From NCBI GenBank assembly GCA_040904565.1, contig JBBDTI010000067.1:1-64000 (forward strand): a stretch of DNA of 64,000 bases, given 5' to 3'. Of the stretch, positions 9,308 to 17,356 are shown in pieces. The notes below the pieces were generated by a model that did no database searches, was not told where the DNA came from, and saw only the letters and a program-made list of their open reading frames with translations. How positions within the stretch are numbered: the first letter of the stretch is position 1; each line of letters begins with the position of its first letter. Source of the stretch: Rhodothermales bacterium. Its GTDB lineage: Bacteria; Bacteroidota; Rhodothermia; Rhodothermales; VXPQ01. Position numbers and translations under genes: made by a program.

Positions 9308-10279
9308 TTGATGGATAATACGGCAATGACGGGCTCTGTACTGGTGGTAGGCAGCGCGAATATGGACCTGGTGGTGAAGACGTCGCGCTTTCCGCGGCCC
9401 GGCGAGACCGTGCTCGGCCGGGAATTTGGAATGTATGCGGGCGGAAAGGGAGCCAATCAGGCCGTGGCATGCGCCAGGCTCGGTGGTGATGTTGTCTTTG
9501 TCGCGTGCATGGGGCGGGACGTGTTTAGGGATCGTCTCTTCGAGAGTTTGACGCGGGACGGTATCGATCTATCTCACGTCCGAGTCGACGAGGAAGCATC
9601 GACTGGCGTCGCGCTCATCACCGTAGATGAAAGCGGACAGAACGAAATCGTCGTGGCATCGGGGAGCAACATGCACCTGCGGGCGGAGGATATGACCGCG
9701 CATGAAGAGCTGTTCGATGCGGCGGACGTGCTGCTGCTGCAGTTGGAGGTTCCGATGGAAACCGTCGTTCGGGCTGCCCGCATGGCAAGCCGGTGCGGCA
9801 CGCGCGTCATATTGAACCCGGCGCCTGCCGCGGAGCTTCCTGAGGAGTTGTTCCAGGTCGTCGATTACCTTACGCCGAACGAGTCGGAGGCGGAAATCTT
9901 GAGCGGGCATAGGGTGGACGATTATGCGTCTGCTGCGCGGGCCGCGGGAGCCCTCGTCGACCGGGGCGTCCCCAACGTCATTGTGACGCTCGGAAGCCGA
10001 GGAGCCCTGTATGCAGGGGTCCGCGGTGTTCGGTCGTATGCAGCGTATCCGACCGTATCTGTCGACACGACGGCAGCGGGCGATGCCTTCAGCGGAGCCA
10101 TCGCGTTCGCATTGAGCCGGGGAGATGACGTCGAGAAGGCCGTCGCTTTTGCGAATGCGGTGGCGGCTTGCTGTGTGCGGCGCATGGGCGCGCAGACCGC
10201 CATGCCGACGCTCGACGAAGTCGACCAGTTTATCGCCGATCGACCGGATGACGTGCCCGACGACCCGGACATGCGCTGA
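9308..10279 (+). CDS. rbsK: Ribokinase
   Basis: VVGSANMDLV, GGKGANQAVA, LNPAPA, TPNESE, DTTAAGDAF. Confidence 0.88.
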   Translation: MMDNTAMTGSVLVVGSANMDLVVKTSRFPRPGETVLGREFGMYAGGKGANQAVACARLGGDVVFVACMGRDVFRDRLFESLTRDGIDLSHVRVDEEASTGVALITVDESGQNEIVVASGSNMHLRAEDMTAHEELFDAADVLLLQLEVPMETVVRAARMASRCGTRVILNPAPAAELPEELFQVVDYLTPNESEAEILSGHRVDDYASAARAAGALVDRGVPNVIVTLGSRGALYAGVRGVRSYAAYPTVSVDTTAAGDAFSGAIAFALSRGDDVEKAVAFANAVAACCVRRMGAQTAMPTLDEVDQFIADRPDDVPDDPDMR

Positions 10280-10361
10280 TTTGCCCCGTCGACGTACGAG
10301 GTTCGGCTGGTGCGGTCGAGCGCGCCCGATCATTGCATGCAACGCATTCAGAGAGGACATC

Positions 10362-11288
10362 ATGAAGCTGGGTTTTCTTACGGCCTGTCTGCGAGACGTG
10401 CCGTTCGACGAGCTCGTCGCCTGGGCGGCGGGTGAAGGATTCGACTGCATCGAGCTGGCTGCCTGGCCGGTCGACTCGGAGCGCGATCACGTGGCCGGCC
10501 ATCTCGACGTTGCGCGTCTGGATCGTGATGGTGCGGCTCGGGCGAGGGACGTACTGGCAGCGCATGAAATAGAGATTTCGGCGATGGCCTATTACGATAA
10601 CAACCTGCATCCCGATCCGTCGCTGCGCGAGGAGTATCAGGCACATCTGCGCAAGGTCATCGATGCGGCTGGACTGCTCGGCGTCCCCCTTGTCGGTACG
10701 TTCGTCGGCGCGTGGCCGGGGAAGCCGGCGAAGATCATCCGTGCGGCGGGCGAGCTGTTCCGCGAACTGACCGTCTACGCGGGGGATCGCGGCGTCCGAT
10801 TGATGATCGAAAACTGTCCGATGGGAAATTGGGTCCAGTGGGGCCTACCCGGAAACTATGCGTATTCGCCGGAGCTCTGGGATGCGCTCTTTGAAGAGGT
10901 CCCAGAAAACCTGGGGATGAACTTCGACCCGTCACACCTCTACTGGCTCCAGATCGATTACGTGCGCGCCGCGAGGGAGTATGCGTCCAAGATCTACCAC
11001 GTTCATGCGAAGGATGCGGAGTTTGTATCCAAAGGACGGTACCGTTACGGCGTCCTGGCCGAACAGCTGGGAGACGATCCGTGGCATTCGGGATGGTGGC
11101 GCTATCGTATGCCTGGCAGCGGCGGGGTGGACTGGGAGGCCTTCATCCGGACCCTGAAGGATGCCGGTTACGACGGTGCCCTTTCCATCGAGCACGAAGA
11201 TCCGGAATACGAAGGAAGCGAGGGCAGGGTCAAGGACGGGTTGCGTCTCGGGCGCTCCCATCTGGAGGACGTGCTCTTGACATCTTGA
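10362..11288 (+). CDS. Sugar phosphate isomerase/epimerase (xylose-isomerase-like TIM barrel, IolE-like)
   Basis: RBS GAGGA, MKLGFLTA, IENCPM, NFDPSHL, HVHAKD, SIEHED. Confidence 0.88.
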   Translation: MKLGFLTACLRDVPFDELVAWAAGEGFDCIELAAWPVDSERDHVAGHLDVARLDRDGAARARDVLAAHEIEISAMAYYDNNLHPDPSLREEYQAHLRKVIDAAGLLGVPLVGTFVGAWPGKPAKIIRAAGELFRELTVYAGDRGVRLMIENCPMGNWVQWGLPGNYAYSPELWDALFEEVPENLGMNFDPSHLYWLQIDYVRAAREYASKIYHVHAKDAEFVSKGRYRYGVLAEQLGDDPWHSGWWRYRMPGSGGVDWEAFIRTLKDAGYDGALSIEHEDPEYEGSEGRVKDGLRLGRSHLEDVLLTS

Positions 11289-11412
11289 CGTCCGTCTCCG
11301 ATCGCTAATTAACGAGCGGCCCAGATCCTTTTCGCCGTACGACACTCCTTCCTGCACCGAATCGCCACCGGTGCCGCGTCGCTCGAGGTTCCGAGGATCC
11401 TCTCGCGGCTAC

Positions 11413-11439
11413 TTATGATTTTCGCCGGTTTGCCGATAC
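11413..11439 (+). promoter_or_regulatory. Putative sigma28-type promoter
   Basis: TTAT-N15-GCCGATAC upstream of the ORF at 11501. Confidence 0.5.
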
Positions 11440-11500
11440 CACTTCGCAGGCGGGCGGATCGTCATAGTATCTATTCCGACGGGAGAGCATCTCCACGGTC

Positions 11501-11836
11501 ATGAATGTAAAGTCACTCTACTCCTCGTCCCCCAAAAACGTAGGAGCGGGCCCCGGTCCATCTGGACGCCCCGTACCGGCTGAAGGGGGACATCCGCATC
11601 TTCGCAAGGTGACGGATCACGTAATTCTGTCGGGGCGGGCGCGTGCCGTGCTGGCCGAGATGCGGCAGCGTCCGGAGGTTGATTCCAGTATCAGCACAGG
11701 GATGCGAACCGACGGACTCGAGGCGCGGCGCGCGTACCAGGTCGTCGGACGTCTCGAGCGGGGATACTACAGGGAGCCTCACGTGCTGCAGCACGTGGCC
11801 TCAAGAGTTGGTCGGGACGTGACCTACGGACGCTAA
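11501..11836 (+). CDS. Hypothetical protein (possibly FlgM-like/flagellar regulon)
   Basis: ATG ORF filling the gap downstream of a sigma28-like promoter; DHVILSGRARAV and LERGYY..VASRV resemble anti-sigma28 FlgM segments. Confidence 0.5.
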   Translation: MNVKSLYSSSPKNVGAGPGPSGRPVPAEGGHPHLRKVTDHVILSGRARAVLAEMRQRPEVDSSISTGMRTDGLEARRAYQVVGRLERGYYREPHVLQHVASRVGRDVTYGR

Positions 11837-11869
11837 GTCGAATCAACAGCATCGACGAGAGGAATTCGA

Positions 11870-12220
11870 CTAGAGGTGCCAGGACGCCTCTTGAAGCAGT
11901 GCGTCACGATGCTCCGCGGAGCGATCGTCGGGGCTCTGCCGGTCCGCCCGATGCTCACTTCGGAGGGTGATTCCCGACGGCTTCTCCACGGGTCGTGGAT
12001 CCGGGTCTTTCAGTCGGGTCTCGAGCTCCATTTTCGCTTCTTCTACGGCGTCATCGGCAGGGAATCCGCCTACATCCACATCGTTCAGCGTGTTTTCAAT
12101 GTCTTCAAGGATCCGGAGCTGGCGGATGATATCTCCGTAAGACGCATCTTCGGGCATGTGCTCGATCATGCGCAGCGACGTCTCGAGCGGCGTCAAGGGA
12201 TTCCTTCCTGGCAGATTCAC
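11870..12220 (-). CDS. Hypothetical protein with an antitoxin-like helical motif
   Basis: GAGGA RBS plus GTG; SLRMIEHMPEDASYGDIIRQLRILEDIENTLNDVDVG resembles small putative antitoxins (LPEDAS..DI..L.V..KIE.GL.D...G). Confidence 0.55.
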   Translation of the reverse strand: MNLPGRNPLTPLETSLRMIEHMPEDASYGDIIRQLRILEDIENTLNDVDVGGFPADDAVEEAKMELETRLKDPDPRPVEKPSGITLRSEHRADRQSPDDRSAEHRDALLQEASWHL

Positions 12221-12270
12221 GCTAATCCTCGACCGCGGAAACACATAGGGAAAAGAGATTGCACGTTCAT

Positions 12271-12615
12271 TCAGGCTGACGATCCAGCGGCGACGGAGGC
12301 GTGGCGTACCTTTGTGACGGCCTCCACGAACCGTTCTGCTTCTCGTTCGGAGCGCGCTCGGACCATCAGGACCCGCACTCCAGACGTGAATTGTACGAAC
12401 CACGCGCCGTCTTCCGCGAGGAATTCGACACGGTCCAGACTTTCATACGGGTGAATGCGAAGCCGGTATCCGATGTCGTCGTTGTTCAGGCACAGTATGC
12501 GCCGATCCGTGGCCGCATAGATGCCATGCTGGATCGAGATCAGGGTCGCGAGGACCGTTTCGTTCGAATCGAGATGTCCCGTAAGCCGGTAGTTGAGCTC
12601 GACTTCGTAATCCAT
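12271..12615 (-). CDS. Bacterial PH-domain-like protein
   Basis: LDSNETVLA..GIYAATDRRIL..HPYESLDRVEF..AERFVEAV. Confidence 0.65.
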   Translation of the reverse strand: MDYEVELNYRLTGHLDSNETVLATLISIQHGIYAATDRRILCLNNDDIGYRLRIHPYESLDRVEFLAEDGAWFVQFTSGVRVLMVRARSEREAERFVEAVTKVRHASVAAGSSA

Positions 12616-12784
12616 TGTCGTAACCGACGCTGCTAGCGGCAGTTCGTGATAAACTCACCATCTGTCAGGCCCTCACCGCCGTGACGGCCCACTGCATCCC
12701 GAACGCGTATCCGTTCTGAATGCAGTTAACTAAATACGCAGATTCTCGGTCACATCGTAGGGCCTGTTCGTTGCTACGAGCACG

Positions 12785-14329
12785 CTACGTTACGCCGACC
12801 TTCGATCCCTGTCGCGGCGATCTGGACGGAGCAGGTCGTTCCAGCCGCTGCTCGATGTCGACGACATCTTCACGGAACGCCGGTTCCAGGTCGATCCGAT
12901 CCTCGATCACGTTGCACGCATGAATTACGGTGGAGTGATCACGCCCGCCGAACCGGAGTCCGATGCTTTTGAGCGAGTGCGTCGTAAGCTGCTTGCAAAA
13001 ATGCATGGCGACGTGACGCGCGGTTACGATTTCGCGCTTTCTCGTCTTGGCAGACAGCAGCTCGGTCGCGATACCGTAATACTGGGCAACGCAACGCTGA
13101 ATGTCCTCGATTTCGAGACGCACCTGATAGTCTTCGATCATGTCCCGCAGGATGTCCTTCGCCGCGCTCACATCAAGGTCCCGCCCGGACAGGTCCGCGT
13201 GGGCGGAGAGGCGGAGGAGGGCACCTTCCAGCTGTCGGATATTCGCCCGAATCCGCTCGGCTACGAAATCGATGACATCGGTAGGCAGCGAGACGCCGTG
13301 CTGGTCCGCCTTGTGCTGGAGAATCGCGATCCGCGTTTCCAGGTCGGGCGGCTGTATGTCGGCACTCAGCCCCCATTTGAAGCGCGAGAGCAGACGCTCT
13401 TCGATACCCGAGATCTCCGACGGCGGTCGATCTGCACATAGGATAATCTGCTTGCCCGTCTGGTGCAGTTCGTTGAAGACGTGGAAGAATTCTTCCTGGG
13501 TTTTTTCCTTGCCGCCGAAAAACTGTACGTCGTCTACGATGAGCAGGTCGATCTGCCGGTAGAAGTTGGAAAAATCCGACACACGGTTTTCCTGGATCGA
13601 TCGCACGAACTGCGACGTGAACTGTTCGCTGGATACGTACAGTACGCGCTCCGCCTTCTTTTCCTTCGTGACGTAATTGCCGACGGCCTGAACGATGTGC
13701 GTCTTGCCAAGGCCGACGCCGCCGTAGACCATGAACGGATTAAAACTCGTTCCACCGGGATTCTGCGAGATGGCCACCGACGCGCTGCGTGCGAGCCGGT
13801 TGCAGTCGCCTTCGATGAAGGATTCGAACGTGTACTCCGGTTTCAGCCGGCTGTCCACGACCCGAACGGGCTGGCGAACGACGGGTGGTTGAGGGGCCGA
13901 ACCGGCGTTGCGCGTCCGCGCCTCCTGCCGGGATGCCGGTGCGTTGCGGGACGGAGCACGGTGCTCGGCCGGATTCGCTCGTGCGGACCGTGCGGCGGAG
14001 GCGTTCTTCGGCGTGCGGTTCGGAGGCGGTTGCGAGAAAAGATCCGGCTTCGACGCTTCGTCGTCCGGGGTCACTTCATACGCGATATCGGTATGCTGGC
14101 CGACGACATCTGCGGCGACCTGTCGAAGCACCTTCGCGAAATGCGATTCGAGCCATTCCGTATGGAACGCGTCCGGAACGGCGAGCTTGAGCCTGGCGGT
14201 TTCGTCATCTCGCTCCAGATCAATCGGCGTGATGGGGACAAACCATGTTTGGAAGGACTGCTTCGAGATCTGGCCGGAAATTTGGGAGAGGCAGTTTTCC
14301 CAGGTTTTCTCAGCAGCGGTAGGGGGCAT
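12785..14329 (-). CDS. dnaA: Chromosomal replication initiator DnaA
   Basis: SFQTWF, YTFESFIEGDCN, Walker A GGVGLGKT, LLIVDDVQF, QEEFFHVFN, RLLSRF, FGGRDHSTVIHA. Confidence 0.98.
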   Translation of the reverse strand: MPPTAAEKTWENCLSQISGQISKQSFQTWFVPITPIDLERDDETARLKLAVPDAFHTEWLESHFAKVLRQVAADVVGQHTDIAYEVTPDDEASKPDLFSQPPPNRTPKNASAARSARANPAEHRAPSRNAPASRQEARTRNAGSAPQPPVVRQPVRVVDSRLKPEYTFESFIEGDCNRLARSASVAISQNPGGTSFNPFMVYGGVGLGKTHIVQAVGNYVTKEKKAERVLYVSSEQFTSQFVRSIQENRVSDFSNFYRQIDLLIVDDVQFFGGKEKTQEEFFHVFNELHQTGKQIILCADRPPSEISGIEERLLSRFKWGLSADIQPPDLETRIAILQHKADQHGVSLPTDVIDFVAERIRANIRQLEGALLRLSAHADLSGRDLDVSAAKDILRDMIEDYQVRLEIEDIQRCVAQYYGIATELLSAKTRKREIVTARHVAMHFCKQLTTHSLKSIGLRFGGRDHSTVIHACNVIEDRIDLEPAFREDVVDIEQRLERPAPSRSPRQGSKVGVT

Positions 14330-14402
14330 ATGTTGGTAAGCTGAAGGGGTGGTAAAGGGAACTCGTTTCGGAGGGTGAAGGCAGCGCCCAACGACTGCGT
14401 TC

Positions 14403-14431
14403 ATTTTATAGGCAAGCGCTTCTGATTGCAA
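14403..14431 (-). promoter_or_regulatory. dnaA sigma70 promoter
   Basis: Minus strand TTGCAA-N17-TAAAAT. Confidence 0.6.
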
Positions 14432-14439
14432 GGGAAAGT

Positions 14440-14925
14440 TGACTACAATTTCCCAACATTGAATGCACGATTTCCCGCGGTTATCCACCGGTTATCCACA
14501 CGGCCTGTGCGTTCTCCCGTGTGTTCCCGTTCTGTTGCACGTATTGTTCGAATGGGGGTCCTTCTCTCCCGCAATGATCTGGCCGTTCGGCACGGTGGAG
14601 ATAGCCCAGATATAACGTAAGCATCTATAAATACACAGTTTATAGGTATAATAAAATTATTGGCTTCGTCACGGAGGGCATATGGTGTGAGAGGAGGCTT
14701 CTTACATGTGCGCGCCTGACTGTTTTGGGTCTATTTGGCCCTATAGACCAGTTGTTCACATATGTATACGTGTTCTGGGATAAAGCCTGGAGAGCCGGTC
14801 GTCAGAGCGTCGTTGGTCGACCGGTTTGGCATTCGGGGCGTTCCCCAAAGCGCGGCGTGAATGGTCCGTGCGGGGAAGGGTTGAATTCATGCCGGGCCTT
14901 GACCTACACATGTTTTACACCTATC
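14440..14925. other. Probable replication origin (oriC) / dnaA control region
   Basis: DnaA boxes TTATCCACC (14481), TTATCCACA (14492), TTGTTCACA (14752), TTTTACACC (14913); AT-rich tract at about 14610-14662; non-coding and adjacent to dnaA. Confidence 0.65.
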
Positions 14926-14952
14926 ATTTAGGCATACCCCAATAAATGGGGT
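14899..14952 (+). promoter_or_regulatory. lexA cassette sigma70 promoter with palindromic operator
   Basis: TTGACC-N17-TATCAT followed by ACCCCA-N5-TGGGGT (14936-14952). Confidence 0.65.
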
Positions 14953-15035
14953 TTTCTTACCATCCAGGTATCTCCAACATGCCGCTTAGGCGGGGGAGGC
15001 CGGGGTGTCCTCCGGAACGTCATTCGGTGTACGGG

Positions 15036-15668
15036 ATGAGTGAACTCACAAAAACGCAGCGGCGCATTTTCGATTTTCTGGTTGCGTTTCAAGAGACGTA
15101 CGGCCGTACGCCGACGGGGCCTGAGATTGCCGATGAGTTCGGATACGACGATCATTCGACCGCCTATCAACACCTGCGTGCGATCGCTCGAAAGGGATAT
15201 CTGGATGTCGTGCAGGTGGGCCGCCGTCGCCCCCTTCGGGTAACGCTGACGGAGAAAGCGGAGTGCCTTCTCATGCGCGGCTGGCCGCTCCTCGGCTCCA
15301 TTCCGGCCGGTCCGGTCTCGTCGGTTCTGGGGGAGGACGCCGAGCGTATGGAGGGGGTAGAAGATCTGTTTCCGATGATCCGGAAGGGGGACTACTTCCT
15401 GAAGGTCGAAGGCGATTCCATGGTCGATGCCGGACTGGAAGAAGGCATGACCGTGTTGATGCGTCCCGTCACCGACGTTCGGCCGGGGACGATCTGTGCG
15501 GTGTGGGTAGACGGAGAAGGCGGCACGCTCAAGCGGGTCTACCCTGAAGGAGACGAGATCCGGCTCGTACCGGAAAACGATACCTATGAAGAGGCCGCGT
15601 ATGCCGCCGACCGGGTTCGTGTCCAGGGGATGCTGCTGGCGGCTCTGGCTCTCTTCAAGCCGGGTTAG
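15036..15668 (+). CDS. lexA: SOS repressor LexA (cassette-associated)
   Basis: LTKTQRRIFDFL..PT..EIA winged HTH, cleavage site IPAG, catalytic GDSM and TLKR. Confidence 0.93.
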   Translation: MSELTKTQRRIFDFLVAFQETYGRTPTGPEIADEFGYDDHSTAYQHLRAIARKGYLDVVQVGRRRPLRVTLTEKAECLLMRGWPLLGSIPAGPVSSVLGEDAERMEGVEDLFPMIRKGDYFLKVEGDSMVDAGLEEGMTVLMRPVTDVRPGTICAVWVDGEGGTLKRVYPEGDEIRLVPENDTYEEAAYAADRVRVQGMLLAALALFKPG

Positions 15669-15845
15669 CACGGAGCTCCCCGCCTGTTCTGTGACCTCGT
15701 TTATGATGCCGGCCGGACTCCCTTCTGCCCCGAGCAGGCCGGGCGCGTCGGTTTATCCGCCATGCTGTACTGCGCTTGTGTTTCCGCTTGAGGGCTTGCC
15801 GCCCCAGGCGTTCACGACGCATCATTTCAGCCTCACGTACCACCC

Positions 15846-17063
15846 ATGCAGTTCGGCTGCCTCCACATACCCGCCTTTCCGGCGTGGGCCTTCGAGCACG
15901 TGGCTCCCGCCACGGTATCGGATTCCTCCGCACGAACGGATTCCGCCGCACGGACCGATTCCTCCCCAGGGGTCGATGTTCCTGCTCCGGCCGCTCCCGT
16001 CGTCGTGATCGCCGCCGGGAAGGTCGTTGCCTTCAGCCGGCGGCTCCGCTCGACGGGCATCGAGAACGGCATTCCCGCCGAGCGAGCGGAACGGCTTGCC
16101 CCGAAAGGCACCCTCCTGCGTCATCGCGACGCGCAGCTCGAGCAGGCGGCCTGGGAAGACGTGCTCCATGAAGTCAACACGTACACGCCCTTTCTGGAAG
16201 AAGACCGGCCGGGTCGTCTCTACGTCAAGCCGTTCAAGGGCCTGCGGGACGTGACGGCCCGGCTGTGCGCACGGACCGCCGTCGCCCCGCACCGGTCGAC
16301 GGCCCTCCTGGGGACCTTGCGGGCGGCGGAAGGACACGTGCTGGTCGTACGGGCTCGCCACGTGCGTGCGTTTCTCGATCGATTCGCGGTCGAGCGCCTG
16401 GACGCGCTGCATTTTTCGGAAGACCTGATCGAGCAGCTCCCGCTGTTCGGGTTCGATACGCTGGGGGCGGCTGCCGGACTTGCCTATCGCCACCTTCGCG
16501 CGCAGTTCGGGGAGGAAGGAGAGCGGCTCTACCGGCTGCTGCACCCGAACGAGGAGGATCCGATCTCGCTCTATAAACCGCCGCCCTCGATTCGCCGTGC
16601 CTACGAGTTCGACCATCCGCGCTCCGAGCCGGGAGAGGTGCTGCCGGCACTGGAATACGTGCTGCGCCGGGCGGCGACCGAGCTGAAAGGTCACGGCGCG
16701 CAGCGGGTGAAGATTACCCTTCACGATCGCCTTCGGCCGTCCGTCTTCGCGTGCCGGGTGCTTCCTGAAGCCTCGAGCGATGTGCGCCGCCTCTTCGCCA
16801 CGGTGAAGACACTGCTGGAGACTGCGCTGGAGACGGGGGCCACGGTGCAGGCGGTGGAACTGGAACTCGGTTCGCTGCGGACGACGCAGCCCGAGCAGGC
16901 CGGACTGTTCTTTCAGCGGCCCTCTACCGAAAAGGCCGTCCGCGCCGTGTGCCGCCGGTATCCCGACGTGATGCGGCGCCCCGTCGCGCATCCCGAGGCC
17001 GTGTTCGAAGAAGACCGTGCTTCGCTCGAACCGATCGATGGAGGTGTCGCGCCCTCCCCATGA
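15846..17063 (+). CDS. Inactive Y-family polymerase accessory protein (ImuB/ImuY-like)
   Basis: Y-family-like layout (CLHIPAF, GIENG, YTPFLEEDRPGRLYV, LFGFDTLG, QFG), no catalytic DxD/SIDE, clamp-binding-like QAGLF; lies between lexA and dnaE2. Confidence 0.8.
   Translation: MQFGCLHIPAFPAWAFEHVAPATVSDSSARTDSAARTDSSPGVDVPAPAAPVVVIAAGKVVAFSRRLRSTGIENGIPAERAERLAPKGTLLRHRDAQLEQAAWEDVLHEVNTYTPFLEEDRPGRLYVKPFKGLRDVTARLCARTAVAPHRSTALLGTLRAAEGHVLVVRARHVRAFLDRFAVERLDALHFSEDLIEQLPLFGFDTLGAAAGLAYRHLRAQFGEEGERLYRLLHPNEEDPISLYKPPPSIRRAYEFDHPRSEPGEVLPALEYVLRRAATELKGHGAQRVKITLHDRLRPSVFACRVLPEASSDVRRLFATVKTLLETALETGATVQAVELELGSLRTTQPEQAGLFFQRPSTEKAVRAVCRRYPDVMRRPVAHPEAVFEEDRASLEPIDGGVAPSP
15918..15971 (+). 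repeat. In-frame 18-bp tandem repeat x3
   Basis: TCGGATTCCTCCGCACGA / ACGGATTCCGCCGCACGG / ACCGATTCCTCCCCAGGG, encoding SDSSAR-TDSAAR-TDSSPG. Confidence 0.8.
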
Positions 17064-17338
17064 AGTCCATCAACGAATCCATCGCCGTCGAAGCCCGCAA
17101 CGGCGTCCCATGCCGTTTCCGGTGGGGGCGGCATACCTATCGGACCCGAAACCTGCTGGATTACTGGATTCTGCAGAGCCGGTGGTGGGGGCGCGAAGAG
17201 CGCCGCATCTATTTCCGGGTGGAGACGGATCGGGGGGTGATGGACGTCTATCGGGCGGAGGAGTCGCAGGGTTCTTCCGAGCCTCCCCCTTCTCGTGATT
17301 CCTCGTGCCGGTGGATGCTTTCGAAAATTATGGATTGA
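17060..17338 (+). CDS. DUF6504-like small mutasome-associated protein
   Basis: ATGA overlap with imuB-like gene; P.RFRWG...Y....LD.W....RWW....RIYFRV..WMLSKIMD. Confidence 0.8.
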   Translation: MKSINESIAVEARNGVPCRFRWGRHTYRTRNLLDYWILQSRWWGREERRIYFRVETDRGVMDVYRAEESQGSSEPPPSRDSSCRWMLSKIMD

Positions 17339-17356
17339 CCGTACCTCGATACGTCT

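Noticed and set aside
14330-14488. 53-aa N-terminal extension of DnaA in the ORF track
   Set aside because: Overlaps the promoter and DnaA boxes; domain I similarity begins at the ATG at 14329
15669-15845. Hidden or degraded imuA between lexA and imuB
   Set aside because: Only 177 bp with no RecA-like motifs in any listed frame
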